DNA of 52,189 bases from Octopus bimaculoides (taxonomy: Eukaryota). Shown piece after piece: positions 1 to 11,183 of this stretch (position 1 is the first letter of the stretch; the number at the start of each line of letters is the position of its first letter). The notes under the pieces were generated by a model. It saw only the letters and a list, made by a program, of their open reading frames with translations. It did not search any database and was not told where the DNA came from. The position numbers and the translations under genes are program-made. The stretch spans positions 196,389,107-196,441,295 of the forward strand of contig NC_068981.1 in assembly GCF_001194135.2 (NCBI RefSeq), given 5' to 3'.

Positions 1-36
1 ATGCAATTAAAATATGCGTTTTACGACATTCTTTAA

Positions 37-79
<43 letters not shown>

Positions 80-319
80 ATAATAAAAAATGTATTATAA
101 ATAGACAAATGACATAACGTTCACTGATTATACAACCGCCGGACGGGAGACAGACACAGGAGGTCCCTAATTCTTCATCGGTTATCGACCAAATGGTATA
201 GCTCAGTCTCGCACGTCGATGTCCGTCCTCTTTTATGTCGCTATTGTTTGTTATTGTAGTTGTTGCATTTGTTCTTTATGTTGTGGAGCTGTTCTAATAC
301 CAGATCGACTCCCAAAAAA

Positions 320-450
320 AGATTGATAGAATAGGTGACAGGCAAAAAGAAAAAAAAACAAAAAAAAACAAGGAGAGGTCGATTCGTTCGACGAAACCCT
401 GGAAAGCGGTGCTCCAGCATTGCCAGAATCTGAAACACATATAAGATTGT
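320..450 (+). mobile_element. SINE family A, 3' fragment
   Basis: gatagaatag...gcggtgctccagcat...ctgaaaca matches the 3' half of the copy at 8790-9150. Confidence 0.7.
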
Positions 451-515
451 ATGCATATATATATATATAANNNNNNNNNNTATGTATATATATATATATA
501 TATATACATACACAC

Positions 516-579
<64 letters not shown>

Positions 580-764
580 AATATATACACATGCATACAT
601 ACAAAAATACATACATACATACAACTACTTCCCAAAGATGGAGCCTTCTATCTTGGCTGGAAACCTGCTTCATCCTCAGTGGAAGATTTATAATGATTAA
701 AAAAATAGTAGAGACATACATACATCCATACATACATCCATACAACCATACATACAAACTATTT

Positions 765-770
<6 letters not shown>

Positions 771-826
<56 letters not shown>

Positions 827-862
827 CATGTATGGATGGATGGATGGATGGATGGATGGATG
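771..862. repeat. (TG)n followed by (TGGA)n microsatellites
   Basis: Seen directly. Confidence 0.97.
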
Positions 863-890
863 GAAACTTTCACTAGAAAAGGTTGACTGT

Positions 891-968
891 GACTTCGGAG
901 TTTTGGCTTACTCACACCATCATCACATAGTCAGTCTGATGAAGGCGAGAAGCCAAAACTTCAAAGTC
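891..968. ncRNA. 78-nt pre-miRNA-like hairpin (candidate; strand unknown)
   Basis: Manual fold gives ~27 bp of stem (891-895:964-968, 897-909:950-962, 911-913:947-949, 915:945, 918-922:937-941) with a 14-nt loop; no known miRNA recognised. Confidence 0.35.
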
Positions 969-1411
969 CCTTTCGAAACCTTGCAAAACGTTTGTGTGTC
1001 TGTGCTTTACCCCTGTGTGTGTGTCTGTACATGTGTTTGTGTGTGTGTGTGTGTGCAAATATAGGCTATATACGTAAATGTGTGCACTCTGAAGTATGCG
1101 AATGTGCGCACTTTTTTGAGTGTGTACAATGGTAAACGGTTTGTGTAACATGGATATATGTACATATACACGCGCACACACACACACACACACATAGGCA
1201 CATAGACACACACACACATAGGCACATAGACACATACACTGACTACGCACTCACACAAATGTGTGCGCTACAAGCGCGCGCTTAAATCAATTGCGTGTGC
1301 GCGTTGGCGTGATGTTTGGTGTTTGCAAACGTGTATATAGATGTAGGTGTGTCTACGTGGGCGCCTGTCTGTGCGCGGTTTGTGTGTGTGAGAAAGAGAG
1401 AGTGTGCGTTT

Positions 1412-1453
<42 letters not shown>

Positions 1454-1470
1454 GTGTGNNNNNNNNNNTG

Positions 1471-1502
<32 letters not shown>

Positions 1503-2117
1503 CGTGTGTGTGTGTGTGTGTGTGTTTGCAGTGTGTATGTATCTGTATGTGTGTGCGTTGTTTACATTTGTGTCTAGTAGTGACGGGGGAAGAAGTCACC
1601 AATGAGGTGGCAGCTTAACAGACGGGAGTAGGGTGGGAGTAGTTGAAGTATGAGAGGAGGAGGTGCGGAGAAAATAACAGAGAGAGATAGAGAGAGAGAA
1701 TAGAGTAACTGTAAGGAGAGTATGGAGGAAAAGAGGGTGAAACAGAACGTAGTGGTGGTGGGAGTGGACTTTGTCAGGCAGTCAGGCCGTCAGCCAGGCA
1801 GACGTGGCGATAGTGAGAGAGAGAGAGGGGAAGACTGTGAAAGGTGGAGATAGTGAGAGTGTAGGGAGAGTGAGGGGAGGAAGGAAAGTTACGGAAGTGG
1901 GAGGGTAACGGACGAATCATTCAAAAATGTATAGAAGTAGTCAGAGATGAAGAAACTGTAAGGGAGGGGAAGTAGTAGAGAAAATGAGAGAGGGGGAGGG
2001 TTTGTGTGTATGTATGTTGTTGAGAGTGGAGTAAAGAGGTAATGACAATTGAGAGTGGAGGGAAGAGGTAACGGAAAGTGAGAGTGACGCTGAGAGATGA
2101 TTGGAGGGGGAGACGAG

Positions 2118-2149
<32 letters not shown>

Positions 2150-2249
2150 TGTGTGCGTGTGTGTGTCTTTGTATGTTCGTGCGTGTGCGTTTGTGTTCAC
2201 TGAGTGGAGGAGAGAGAGGGACAGAGAGAGACAGAGAGACTGCGTTGTT

Positions 2250-2465
2250 GTTGTTGCTGTTTAGCCCCAGGTCAGCCTTGATAAAGGAGACTTATGATAA
2301 TGCCGTTCCAGCAGTGACCATCCATCGCCTTTCCATCCGTCACCACATGCTGGCAAGCCACGACTACAATAATCCAGAGAAACTCTTTTCTAAGGTGTTA
2401 GATTATTTTAAGGCAGATTTGACTGCTATTTCTAACAAATGTAACAACCAGGTAGTGGAATCCTA
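2250..2465 (-). mobile_element. SINE-like 3' fragment (family F; related pieces at ~25320-25430 and ~28040-28190)
   Basis: gcagatttgactgctatttcta is a near reverse complement of agaaataaaggctaaatctcc at ~28090; tttagccccaggtcagc matches ttgacctgggtctaaac at ~25405. Confidence 0.45.
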
Positions 2466-2889
2466 AACGTGTCATGGGGGAGGGAAGGCTGTAATGAGAG
2501 CTGAGAGAGAGAGGGGGAGCAAAGAAAGTGAGGGAGAAAGATAGAGAGAGAGAGATATATAAGTGGTGGTGTGAGGTGAGAGAAAAGCCGAGCAATGATT
2601 GGGAGGTTAGAGACGGTAGGAGGCGGGAAGAATGACTGGCAGCTGCAGGAGAAGGGGGAGGAGATAGAAGAAAGAAGGGGGATTGCGGGAGTGGTGGTGG
2701 GAGTAGAGTAATGAACAGGGAGACAAACAATGGCGAATGAAAGACAGAGAGAGTGAGGGGGGGGGGGGGGGTAGAGGTTTTAGCAATGGTCGCGCGCGTA
2801 TGTGCTTGTGTTTATATGCATGTATGTATGTATGTGCATCTATTTGTATTCATATATGTATATGTAAGTATGCGCGCATTCATACATAC

Positions 2890-3115
2890 ATATATATATA
2901 TTCATTTTTTTTTACTTGTTTCAGTCATTAGACTGCGGCCATACTGGGGCACCACCTTGACGGATTTTAGTCGAACGAATACCCTAGTAATTGATGTTTT
3001 TTTTAAAAGCCTGCTACTTATTCTATCGGTCATTTGGGCCGAACTGCTATGTTACAGGGGTGTAAGCCGACTAATATCGGTTGTCAAACGGTGACAGGGA
3101 ACAAACGCAGATTCC
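2890..3115 (-). mobile_element. SINE family A, 3' half
   Basis: tttacttgtttcagtcattagactgcggccat...ttattctatcggt is the reverse complement of the family A tail. Confidence 0.8.
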
Positions 3116-3299
3116 AAGACACACACACACATACATATTTGTGTGTGTGTGTGTGAGAGAGAGAGAAAAAGATGTAGTTATGCATGTAATTGTATGTGTA
3201 TAATGCATATGTATATGTGATTGTGGAGTTGTTGTGTGGGAATGTTTTTGTATGTGTGTGTATGTGTGTGTATGTGCATAAGAAAGAGGTAAATGTAGA

Positions 3300-3990
3300 T
3301 CTATCTGGGATTTTGTATGTGTGAAAGTTTGCATGCGCATGTTTAGCTGTGTGTTTGTATGCATGTGTGGATTTGTGGAACTTTAGATGCGTGACACTAT
3401 CGTGGTGTGACAGAATAACTTGCTGTGTGGCACAGTAACTGTGTGAGACATAATAGATGTATGTGACAGGTGTATTTGCGTGTGTCACATTATAACTGCG
3501 TAACGATATTTGAGTGTTACAATAACTATTTGTGGGGATTTTTCACAACACTATAGTTGTGTGTGCTTAAACAAGTTGCTGTGAGACACAACATGTGTGA
3601 CACAATATCTGTGACACAATACGTGTGACAGAATAATGTAATGCAATAGCACTGAGGTACAGTAGTTGTGTGTGGTACTATAACCGTATGAAGCTTTCGC
3701 TGTGTTACGCTAATGCTTTGTGTGTGACACAATTATTCTGTGTCAAGGCTGTAGCAGTGTATGACACAACAGCCATGTGACACAGTTACTGAGCACGTAA
3801 CACAATAACTGTGACTGCGTAGTTGTGTGTAATACTATCGCTGTATGATACTTTAGCTGTGTTACACTATAGTTGTGATGACACTGTAGGCCTGCGTGAG
3901 ACATTCGCTATGTGGTACACTAGCTTGTTTTGTGACACTATACCTGTAGGTGTGACAAAATATGTAGGTGTGACATTGTTGTTATGTTCG
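3300..3990. repeat. Degenerate minisatellite of TGTGACACAATAACTG-like units
   Basis: Many diverged copies of tgtgacaca/gtgacacta followed by ataactg/atagttg. Confidence 0.75.
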
Positions 3991-4059
3991 TAGGAGGTGA
4001 GTGTGTGTGTGTGTATGTAGGTGTCTGTGTATGCAGATAGTCTTGTGTACGGAAATGTA

Positions 4060-4099
<40 letters not shown>

Positions 4100-4124
4100 T
4101 TGTTGTATGTATGCGTGTGACAAA

Positions 4125-4265
4125 GAAACTCGCTTTGCAACCACATGGTCTCATGTTCGGTCCCACTGCGTGGCACCTTCGGCAAGTGTTTTTTTACTAT
4201 AGCTACCCCTAGGCCGACTAAAGTCTTGGAAGTGAATTTGGTAGACGTAAACTGCAAGGAAACTC
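4125..4265 (+). mobile_element. SINE family A, tRNA-like head fragment
   Basis: caaccacatggt...gttcggtcccactgcgtggcaccttcggcaagtg; B-box-like GTTCGGTCCC. Confidence 0.75.
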
Positions 4266-4841
4266 ACTGTATACACACAGAGACACACACACACACAAAC
4301 ACACATATATATAATCAAATGAATAGTAACAGACGATGGATAACAGACGATGGATACTTACCCATCGTCTGTTCTTATTCATTTAATTATAATACACCAA
4401 GGAGATATACGACTTGTCGGACACCCTAGAGTATACCAACAACATACTATTCAACGTAACGCGTGCTTTGGACCAGCCCCATAGGAGCTAAATATTCATA
4501 GGGCTGGTTTTCTCACATAGGCCGGAACCACAGGTTTATGCAACCCGACGTAGTGCATATCTTTTCATGTACCCGATTCCATCTGAATCCTTTTTTAACT
4601 ATGTATATATATATATACTCTTTTACTTGTTTCAGTCATTTGGCTGCGGCCATGCTAGGGCATGTATGTATGTATGTATGTATGTATGTATGTATAAAGG
4701 TCACATCTTTTGTGTATAAATACGTACGTTATTTTAAATTNNNNNNNNNNNNNNNNNNNNNNNNNNNNNNNNNNNNNNNNNNNNNNNNNNNNNNNNNNNN
4801 NNNNNNNNNNNNNNNNNNNNNNNNNNNNNNNNNNNNNNNNN

Positions 4842-4935
<94 letters not shown>

Positions 4936-4954
4936 AAGAAAGAAAGATAGATAT

Positions 4955-4991
<37 letters not shown>

Positions 4992-4995
4992 CAGA
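4842..4995. repeat. (TA)n/(GATA)n compound microsatellite
   Basis: Seen directly. Confidence 0.97.
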
Positions 4996-5004
4996 TATAC
5001 ATAT

Positions 5005-5172
5005 ATATTTTTTTTCTCCGTGTTTTTCTCCTTGTCTCCGTATTCTTTCTGTTGAAGAGCGTAGCTCGAAACGTCAAAGACTTTCCGTATTCCCGAGCGT
5101 CATACTAATATATACTTTTGTTATTTACACCACCTGTCCTCGTCTGTTGTTATTTTTTGTATATTCTCCCAT
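5005..5172 (+). mobile_element. Penelope-like terminal repeat (pLTR) fragment, family P1
   Basis: Homologous to 14340-14585, 41770-41950, 35423-35545 and 6577-6710(-); the 14.3-kb copy lies downstream of a GIY-YIG ORF. Confidence 0.65.
5044..5080 (+). ncRNA. Minimal type-I hammerhead-like motif, variant core
   Basis: TCTTT-CTGTTGA-A-GAGC gta GCTC-GAAAC-GTC-AAAGA: stem I TCTTT:AAAGA, stem II GAGC:GCTC, NUH triplet GUC; core position 6 is U, not A. Confidence 0.55.
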
Positions 5173-5514
5173 ATATATACATAAATATATACACACACAA
5201 ACACACACACATTTACCTGCATACGTGTGTGTGTGTGTGTGTGTGTGCTCGGGCACGTGTCGGCAAACATGCGTCTGAATATGTGTGTGTTTAATTACAT
5301 CGTCTGTTCAGGCTTATGTGTAGATGTATGTTTGTGTGTGTTAGAGTCAATGTATGTGTACCTTTATGTGATATATATATATATATATATATATTTTTAC
5401 TCATGGTTTGATAGAGATATGAGTGAGGAGTCCATTCTTTTGGGTCTTCTAGATAGGCCTGTTTATGGGGTACCTCTGGGTTTCTCGCTCATAAAGAGTT
5501 TAGCCTTATATAGT

Positions 5515-5880
5515 TTTTTTATTCTTTTACTTGTTTCAGTCATTTGACTGTGGTTATGTTGGAGCACCTCGCCTTTAGTCGAACAAATCGACCGCGGGAC
5601 TTCTTCTTTGTTAGCTTAGTACTTATTCTATCGGTCTCTTAATGCCGAACCGCTAGGTTACGGAGACGTAAACACTAACAGACACAAATTTATACATAAA
5701 TATGTGTGTGTGTGTTTGTATGTACGACGGCTTTCTTTCAGTTTCCGTCTACCAAATTCACTCACAAGGCTTTGGTCAGCCCGAGGCTATAATAGAAGAC
5801 ACTTGCCTAAGGTGCCACGCAGTGGGACTGAACACAGAACCATGTGGTTGGTAAGCAAGCTTCTTACGACACAGTCATTA
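5515..5880 (-). mobile_element. SINE family A, near full length (head runs into gap)
   Basis: Reverse complement of 8790-9150, including the internal microsatellite. Confidence 0.9.
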
Positions 5881-6576
5881 NNNNNNNNNNNNNNNNNNNN
5901 NNNNNNNNNNNNNNNNNNNNNNNNNNNNNNNNNNNNNNNNNNNNNNNNNNNNNNNNNNNNNNNNNNNNNNNNNNNNNNNNNNNNNNNNNNNNNNNNNNNN
6001 NNNNNNNNNNNNNNNNNNNNNNNNNNNNNNNNNNNNNNNNNNNNNNNNNNNNNNNNNNNNNNNNNNNNNNNNNNNNNNNNNNNNNNNNNNNNNNNNNNNN
6101 NNNNNNNNNNNNNNNNNNNNNNNNNNNNNNNNNNNNNNNNNNNNNNNNNNNNNNNNNNNNNNNNNNNNNNNNNNNNNNNNNNNNNNNNNNNNNNNNNNNN
6201 NNNNNNNNNNNNNNNNNNNNNNNNNNNNNNNNNNNNNNNNNNNNNNNNNNNNNNNNNNNNNNNNNNNNNNNNNNNNNNNNNNNNNNNNNNNNNNNNNNNN
6301 NNNNNNNNNNNNNNNNNNNNNNNNNNNNNNNNNNNNNNNNNNNNNNNNNNNNNNNNNNNNNNNNNNNNNNNNNNNNNNNNNNNNNNNNNNNNNNNNNNNN
6401 NNNNNNNNNNNNNNNNNNNNNNNNNNNNNNNNNNNNNNNNNNNNNNNNNNNNNNNNNNNNNNNNNNNNNNNNNNNNNNNNNNNNNNNNNNNNNNNNNNNN
6501 NNNNNNNNNNNNNNNNNNNNNNNNNNNNNNNNNNNNNNNNNNNNNNNNNNNNNNNNNNNNNNNNNNNNNNNNNNNN

Positions 6577-6710
6577 GACGCCCATGAAAAATGGAAAGGT
6601 CTTTTACGTTTCGAGCCGATGCTCTTTGACAGAAAGGAATAAGAGGAAATAAATAGAGAGAGAATGAAAAAGAATCTGTTGAGTTCAGTGGTCCAACATG
6701 GCGATATATA
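6577..6710 (-). mobile_element. Penelope-like pLTR family P1 with decayed HHR motif (6600-6637)
   Basis: Minus strand CCTTT-CTGTCAA-A-GAGC atcg GCTC-GAAAC-GTA-AAAGA. Confidence 0.6.
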
Positions 6711-6729
6711 TAATTCCTTCATCAGTTAT

Positions 6730-6966
6730 TATTTATTTCTTTATTCCCCACAGGAGGATAAACATAGAAGAGACAAACAAGGACGGACAAAGGGATTAAG
6801 TCGATTATATCGACTCCAGTGTGTGATTGGTATTTATTTAATTGACCCCGAAAGGATGAAAGGCAAAGTCGACCTCGGCAGAATTTGAACTCAGAACGAA
6901 AAAAGAGACGAAATACCGCTAAGCATTTCATCCGGCATGCTTACCATTCTGCCACCTCGCCGCCCT
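6730..6966 (-). mobile_element. tRNA-derived SINE with Nin/Deu-domain-like core (family B)
   Basis: Minus-strand head ggcggcgaggtggcagaatggtaag, B-box-like gagttcaaattc, then gcctttcatcctttcggggtc resembling the Nin/Deu SINE domain; decayed copies at ~25480-25560, 26400-26620, 27880-28015. Confidence 0.7.
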
Positions 6967-7309
6967 ACATCAGTTAGTATTATCTCAACCAAAACTGCAG
7001 AATTCCTGACGTAGATCCAGAGGCAATATACCCCAGCTGTGGATGACACCAGGTAGCCCAACACTGCGAAAGCGCTTTACTCAACACACTAATTAACATA
7101 TACTAATTAGTTCAATATACATATACAACGTGTGTGTGTGTGTTTGTGTGTATTTTGTGTGTCTATTATACCTGGGATTTGCGAAGTACTCCCATTTCTA
7201 ATCAAGTTTAATTGATGTTTCTTCTGTTTACTGAATACAATGGCAACCAGGTTTCTACATGAACCGAGTATGCAATAGCCTGGATTATAATTATCCACCT
7301 GAATGCATG

Positions 7310-7347
<38 letters not shown>

Positions 7348-7422
7348 NNNNNNNNNNTAGTTTGCCCCAGTCGTTGTAGGAACAGGATTGGGGATTATAA
7401 GTCGTGTATTAGCGTGTGCATT

Positions 7423-7635
7423 TATAAATATATAAAAAGATAAAGAGAGCAATGGTAAAGTTGGATAATATATTTTATGGATAGAGTCTTACAGCTGTTT
7501 CTGGGAAGATCCAGTACTTCCCTTCATCGGAGACAGAAATAGTAAAGGAATCGATTATTATATATATAGGCGGAGAGTTTTAGTATGAAGTGAGAGTGAG
7601 TGTGATTGCTCTCTTTATCTTTTTATATATTTATA
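7423..7635 (-). mobile_element. 213-bp non-coding unit with perfect 31-bp terminal inverted repeats enclosing an HHR motif
   Basis: 7423-7453 is the exact reverse complement of 7605-7635; HHR motif at 7486-7534(-). Confidence 0.65.
7486..7534 (-). ncRNA. Minimal type-I hammerhead-like motif with palindromic stem III
   Basis: Minus strand GTCT-CCGATGA-A-GGGAAG tactggat CTTCCC-A-GAAAC-AGCT-GTA-AGAC; stem I GTCT:AGAC; one core change (U4 to C). Confidence 0.65.
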
Positions 7636-7879
7636 CATACATATATATATATATATATGAGTGTAACTGCCCGAAATTATTCCCCTGAATCCATGTTTAC
7701 ATATATATAAGTGTATCTACCCGAAATGGACGTGACGTCTTGACTGATGAAAGAAGCCAAGAATGACCCGTCTTTTTTGTGCCTGTCCTTGTAATTGTCG
7801 TTTCTCTTGTCCTCTTTTGTATCGTCTATTTGTCCGAACGTTTTAATAGCCTCTATTCTCTTTTTGTTGCATTTATATA

Positions 7880-8040
7880 CTCTTTACTCTTTTACTCCTT
7901 TACTTGTTTCAGTCATTTGACTGTGGCCATGCTGGAGCACCGCTTTTAGTTGAGCAAATCGACCCCAGGACTTATTCTTTGTAAGTCTAGTACTTATTCT
8001 ATCGGTTGTCAAGTGATGTTAGGGGGACAAACACAGACAC
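7880..8040 (-). mobile_element. SINE family A, 3' half with tandem AAAAGAGT-like tail
   Basis: tactctttactcttttactcctttacttgtttcagtcatttgactg... Confidence 0.85.
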
Positions 8041-8050
8041 ACAAACATAT

Positions 8051-8103
<53 letters not shown>

Positions 8104-8789
8104 NNNNNNNNNNNNNNNNNNNNNNNNNNNNNNNNNNNNNNNNNNNNNNNNNNNNNNNNNNNNNNNNNNNNNNNNNNNNNNNNNNNNNNNNNNNNNNNNN
8201 NNNNNNNNNNNNNNNNNNNNNNNNNNNNNNNNNNNNNNNNNNNNNNNNNNNNNNNNNNNNNNNNNNNNNNNNNNNNNNNNNNNNNNNNNNNNNNNNNNNN
8301 NNNNNNNNNNNNNNNNNNNNNNNNNNNNNNNNNNNNNNNNNNNNNNNNNNNNNNNNNNNNNNNNNNNNNNNNNNNNNNNNNNNNNNNNNNNNNNNNNNNN
8401 NNNNNNNNNNNNNNNNNNNNNNNNNNNNNNNNNNNNNNNNNNNNNNNNNNNNNNNNNNNNNNNNNNNNNNNNNNNNNNNNNNNNNNNNNNNNNNNNNNNN
8501 NNNNNNNNNNNNNNNNNNNNNNNNNNNNNNNNNNNNNNNNNNNNNNNNNNNNNNNNNNNNNNNNNNNNNNNNNNNNNNNNNNNNNNNNNNNNNNNNNNNN
8601 NNNNNNNNNNNNNNNNNNNNNNNNNNNNNNNNNNNNNNNNNNNNNNNNNNNNNNNNATATATGTATGTATATATATATATATATATGTAAACACACATAC
8701 ATATAAGCATACACATGGATATATACATATATACATAGATATAAGCATGTACATATATACACACACGCACACATAGATATAAACATATA

Positions 8790-9150
8790 CAGGAGTGACT
8801 GTGTGGTAAGTAGCTTGCTTACCAACCACATGGTTCCGGATTCAGTCCCACTGCGTGGCAGTTTGGGCAAGTGTCTTCTACTATAGCCTCGGGCCATCCA
8901 AAGCCTTGTGAGTGGATTTGGCAGATGGAAAGTGAAAGAAGCCCGTTGTATAGATGTGTGTGTGTGTGTGTGTGCGTGCGTGCGTGCGTGTGTGTGTGTG
9001 TGTTTACATCACCGTAATCTAGTGGTTCGGCAAAAAGAGAGCGATAGAATAAGTACTAGGCTTACAAAAATAAGTCCAGGGGCCTATTTGCTCGACTAAA
9101 AGCGGTGCTCCAGCATGGCCGCAGTCAAATGACTGAAACGAATAAAAGAA
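8790..9150 (+). mobile_element. tRNA-derived SINE family A, full length
   Basis: A-box-like GTGACTGTGTGG, B-box-like GATTCAGTCCC, ttgggcaagtg motif, internal (TG)n, aataaaagaat tail; >=14 related copies in the window. Confidence 0.92.
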
Positions 9151-9221
9151 TATATATATATACACACGCACATATTTAGACATACATACATACATACATA
9201 CATAGCGGCACTATACAAAAA

Positions 9222-9518
9222 AGATCGCCACAGTCCAACAGATGAACTACAGGGAGCGACTGAAGGCACTAGGTCTCTACTCCCTGGAGCGCAGGCGGGA
9301 GAGATATGTAATTATATACATATGGAAAATACTGGAAGGACTGGTGCCAAACTTTGGTATCAAGTACTACAGGAATGCCCGCACGGGTCGCCACTGCATG
9401 GTGCCAAGGGTGCCGTCCACTGCATCTCACATAAGAACGAGATACTGCAGCAGCCTCGGTTTCAGAGGACCTCAGCTCTTCAATGCCCTGCCAAAACATT
9501 TGAGAGACATGCAAGACA
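9222..9518 (+). pseudogene. CR1-like LINE ORF2 C-terminal fragment
   Basis: YRERLKALGLYSLERRRERYVIIYIWKILEGLVPN...GPQLFNALP matches the CR1-type ORF2 C-terminus as recalled. Confidence 0.85.
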
Positions 9519-10306
9519 NNNNNNNNNNNNNNNNNNNNNNNNNNNNNNNNNNNNNNNNNNNNNNNNNNNNNNNNNNNNNNNNNNNNNNNNNNNNNNNNNN
9601 NNNNNNNNNNNNNNNNNNNNNNNNNNNNNNNNNNNNNNNNNNNNNNNNNNNNNNNNNNNNNNNNNNNNNNNNNNNNNNNNNNNNNNNNNNNNNNNNNNNN
9701 NNNNNNNNNNNNNNNNNNNNNNNNNNNNNNNNNNNNNNNNNNNNNNNNNNNNNNNNNNNNNNNNNNNNNNNNNNNNNNNNNNNNNNNNNNNNNNNNNNNN
9801 NNNNNNNNNNNNNNNNNNNNNNNNNNNNNNNNNNNNNNNNNNNNNNNNNNNNNNNNNNNNNNNNNNNNNNNNNNNNNNNNNNNNNNNNNNNNNNNNNNNN
9901 NNNNNNNNNNNNNNNNNNNNNNNNNNNNNNNNNNNNNNNNNNNNNNNNNNNNNNNNNNNNNNNNNNNNNNNNNNNNNNNNNNNNNNNNNNNNNNNNNNNN
10001 NNNNNNNNNNNNNNNNNNNNNNNNNNNNNNNNNNNNNNNNNNNNNNNNNNNNNNNNNNNNNNNNNNNNNNNNNNNNNNNNNNNNNNNNNNNNNNNNNNNN
10101 NNNNNNNNNNNNNNNNNNNNNNNNNNNNNNNNNNNNNNNNNNNNNNNNNNNNNNNNNNNNNNNNNNNNNNNNNNNNNNNNNNNNNNNNNNNNNNNNNNNN
10201 NNNNNNNNNNNNNNNNNNNNNNNNNNNNNNNNNNNNNNNNNNNNNNNNNNNNNNNNNNNNNNNNNNNNNNNNNNNNNNNNNNNNNNNNNNNNNNNNNNNN
10301 NNNNNN

Positions 10307-10352
<46 letters not shown>

Positions 10353-11183
10353 CTACATATACATGTCTGTATCTATGTATGTATATGTGTATTTGTGTAT
10401 GTTTGTATGTATGCAAAGTAAAGAGAAATGGCGTTTAAAACTATTTGCCAACTGTTTTAACAGTTGTTACAGCTGTTTCGGTAGATTTTATTGATTTTTA
10501 TGTAGTCATGAAAGATTACGTCATAATTTACAATCCACTAAGATCAGGTAAAATTTGAAACATCGACCCGGACGCAATAACGTGCGCGCCCACTCATGCA
10601 CACGCACACATATATACGTAGGAGAATGTATATGTATTTGTGTGTGAAGTTATATATTTCAGATTGTGTCTCTGTGTACCATTTTTATGTGAATATTTGT
10701 GTGTGTGCGTGCGTTTGTGTGTTGGTGGGTGGACTTGGGTATTTGTGATATGGTATCATAAATGTGTGAGTTGCTCTGCATGTGCCTGTGTGTGTGTGTG
10801 TGTACATATGTGTATTTGAATGTCCTTGTCACAGCCAGTAGATGTCTGTCTAACACCATTGTATTAAGGATATATGACAGTTATGTATATGTATATGATG
10901 CTATTAAACAGTTCTCGGTGTCTTGAGTTCGCTCCCCCAGCATGCATATGTTACAAGTAGAGCATGGCCTTGTCCCCTTCTAAGCTCTGTGAATGAAAGT
11001 AGGTAGATAGGGACTGCGAGGAATCCTACCGGATTAATTTCAAAGGTACGGTTTCGTCACACACATATATCACGCTGTTTCTACATGTGTCTGTGGAATA
11101 CTCAACCACATACAACATAACAAAATGAGCAGAAATTTCAGTTGATTAAACATCTGAAATTATCATCATCGAAACAAACGTCT

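Noticed and set aside
936-962. CTGATGA...AAAAC.TTC as an active hammerhead
   Set aside because: GAAA is AAAA, stem I cannot form, and the segment is sequestered in the longer hairpin.
1610-2771. Purine-rich tracts and a G15 run as a functional G4/triplex element
   Set aside because: Such low-complexity tracts are ubiquitous in this window; there is no specific evidence.
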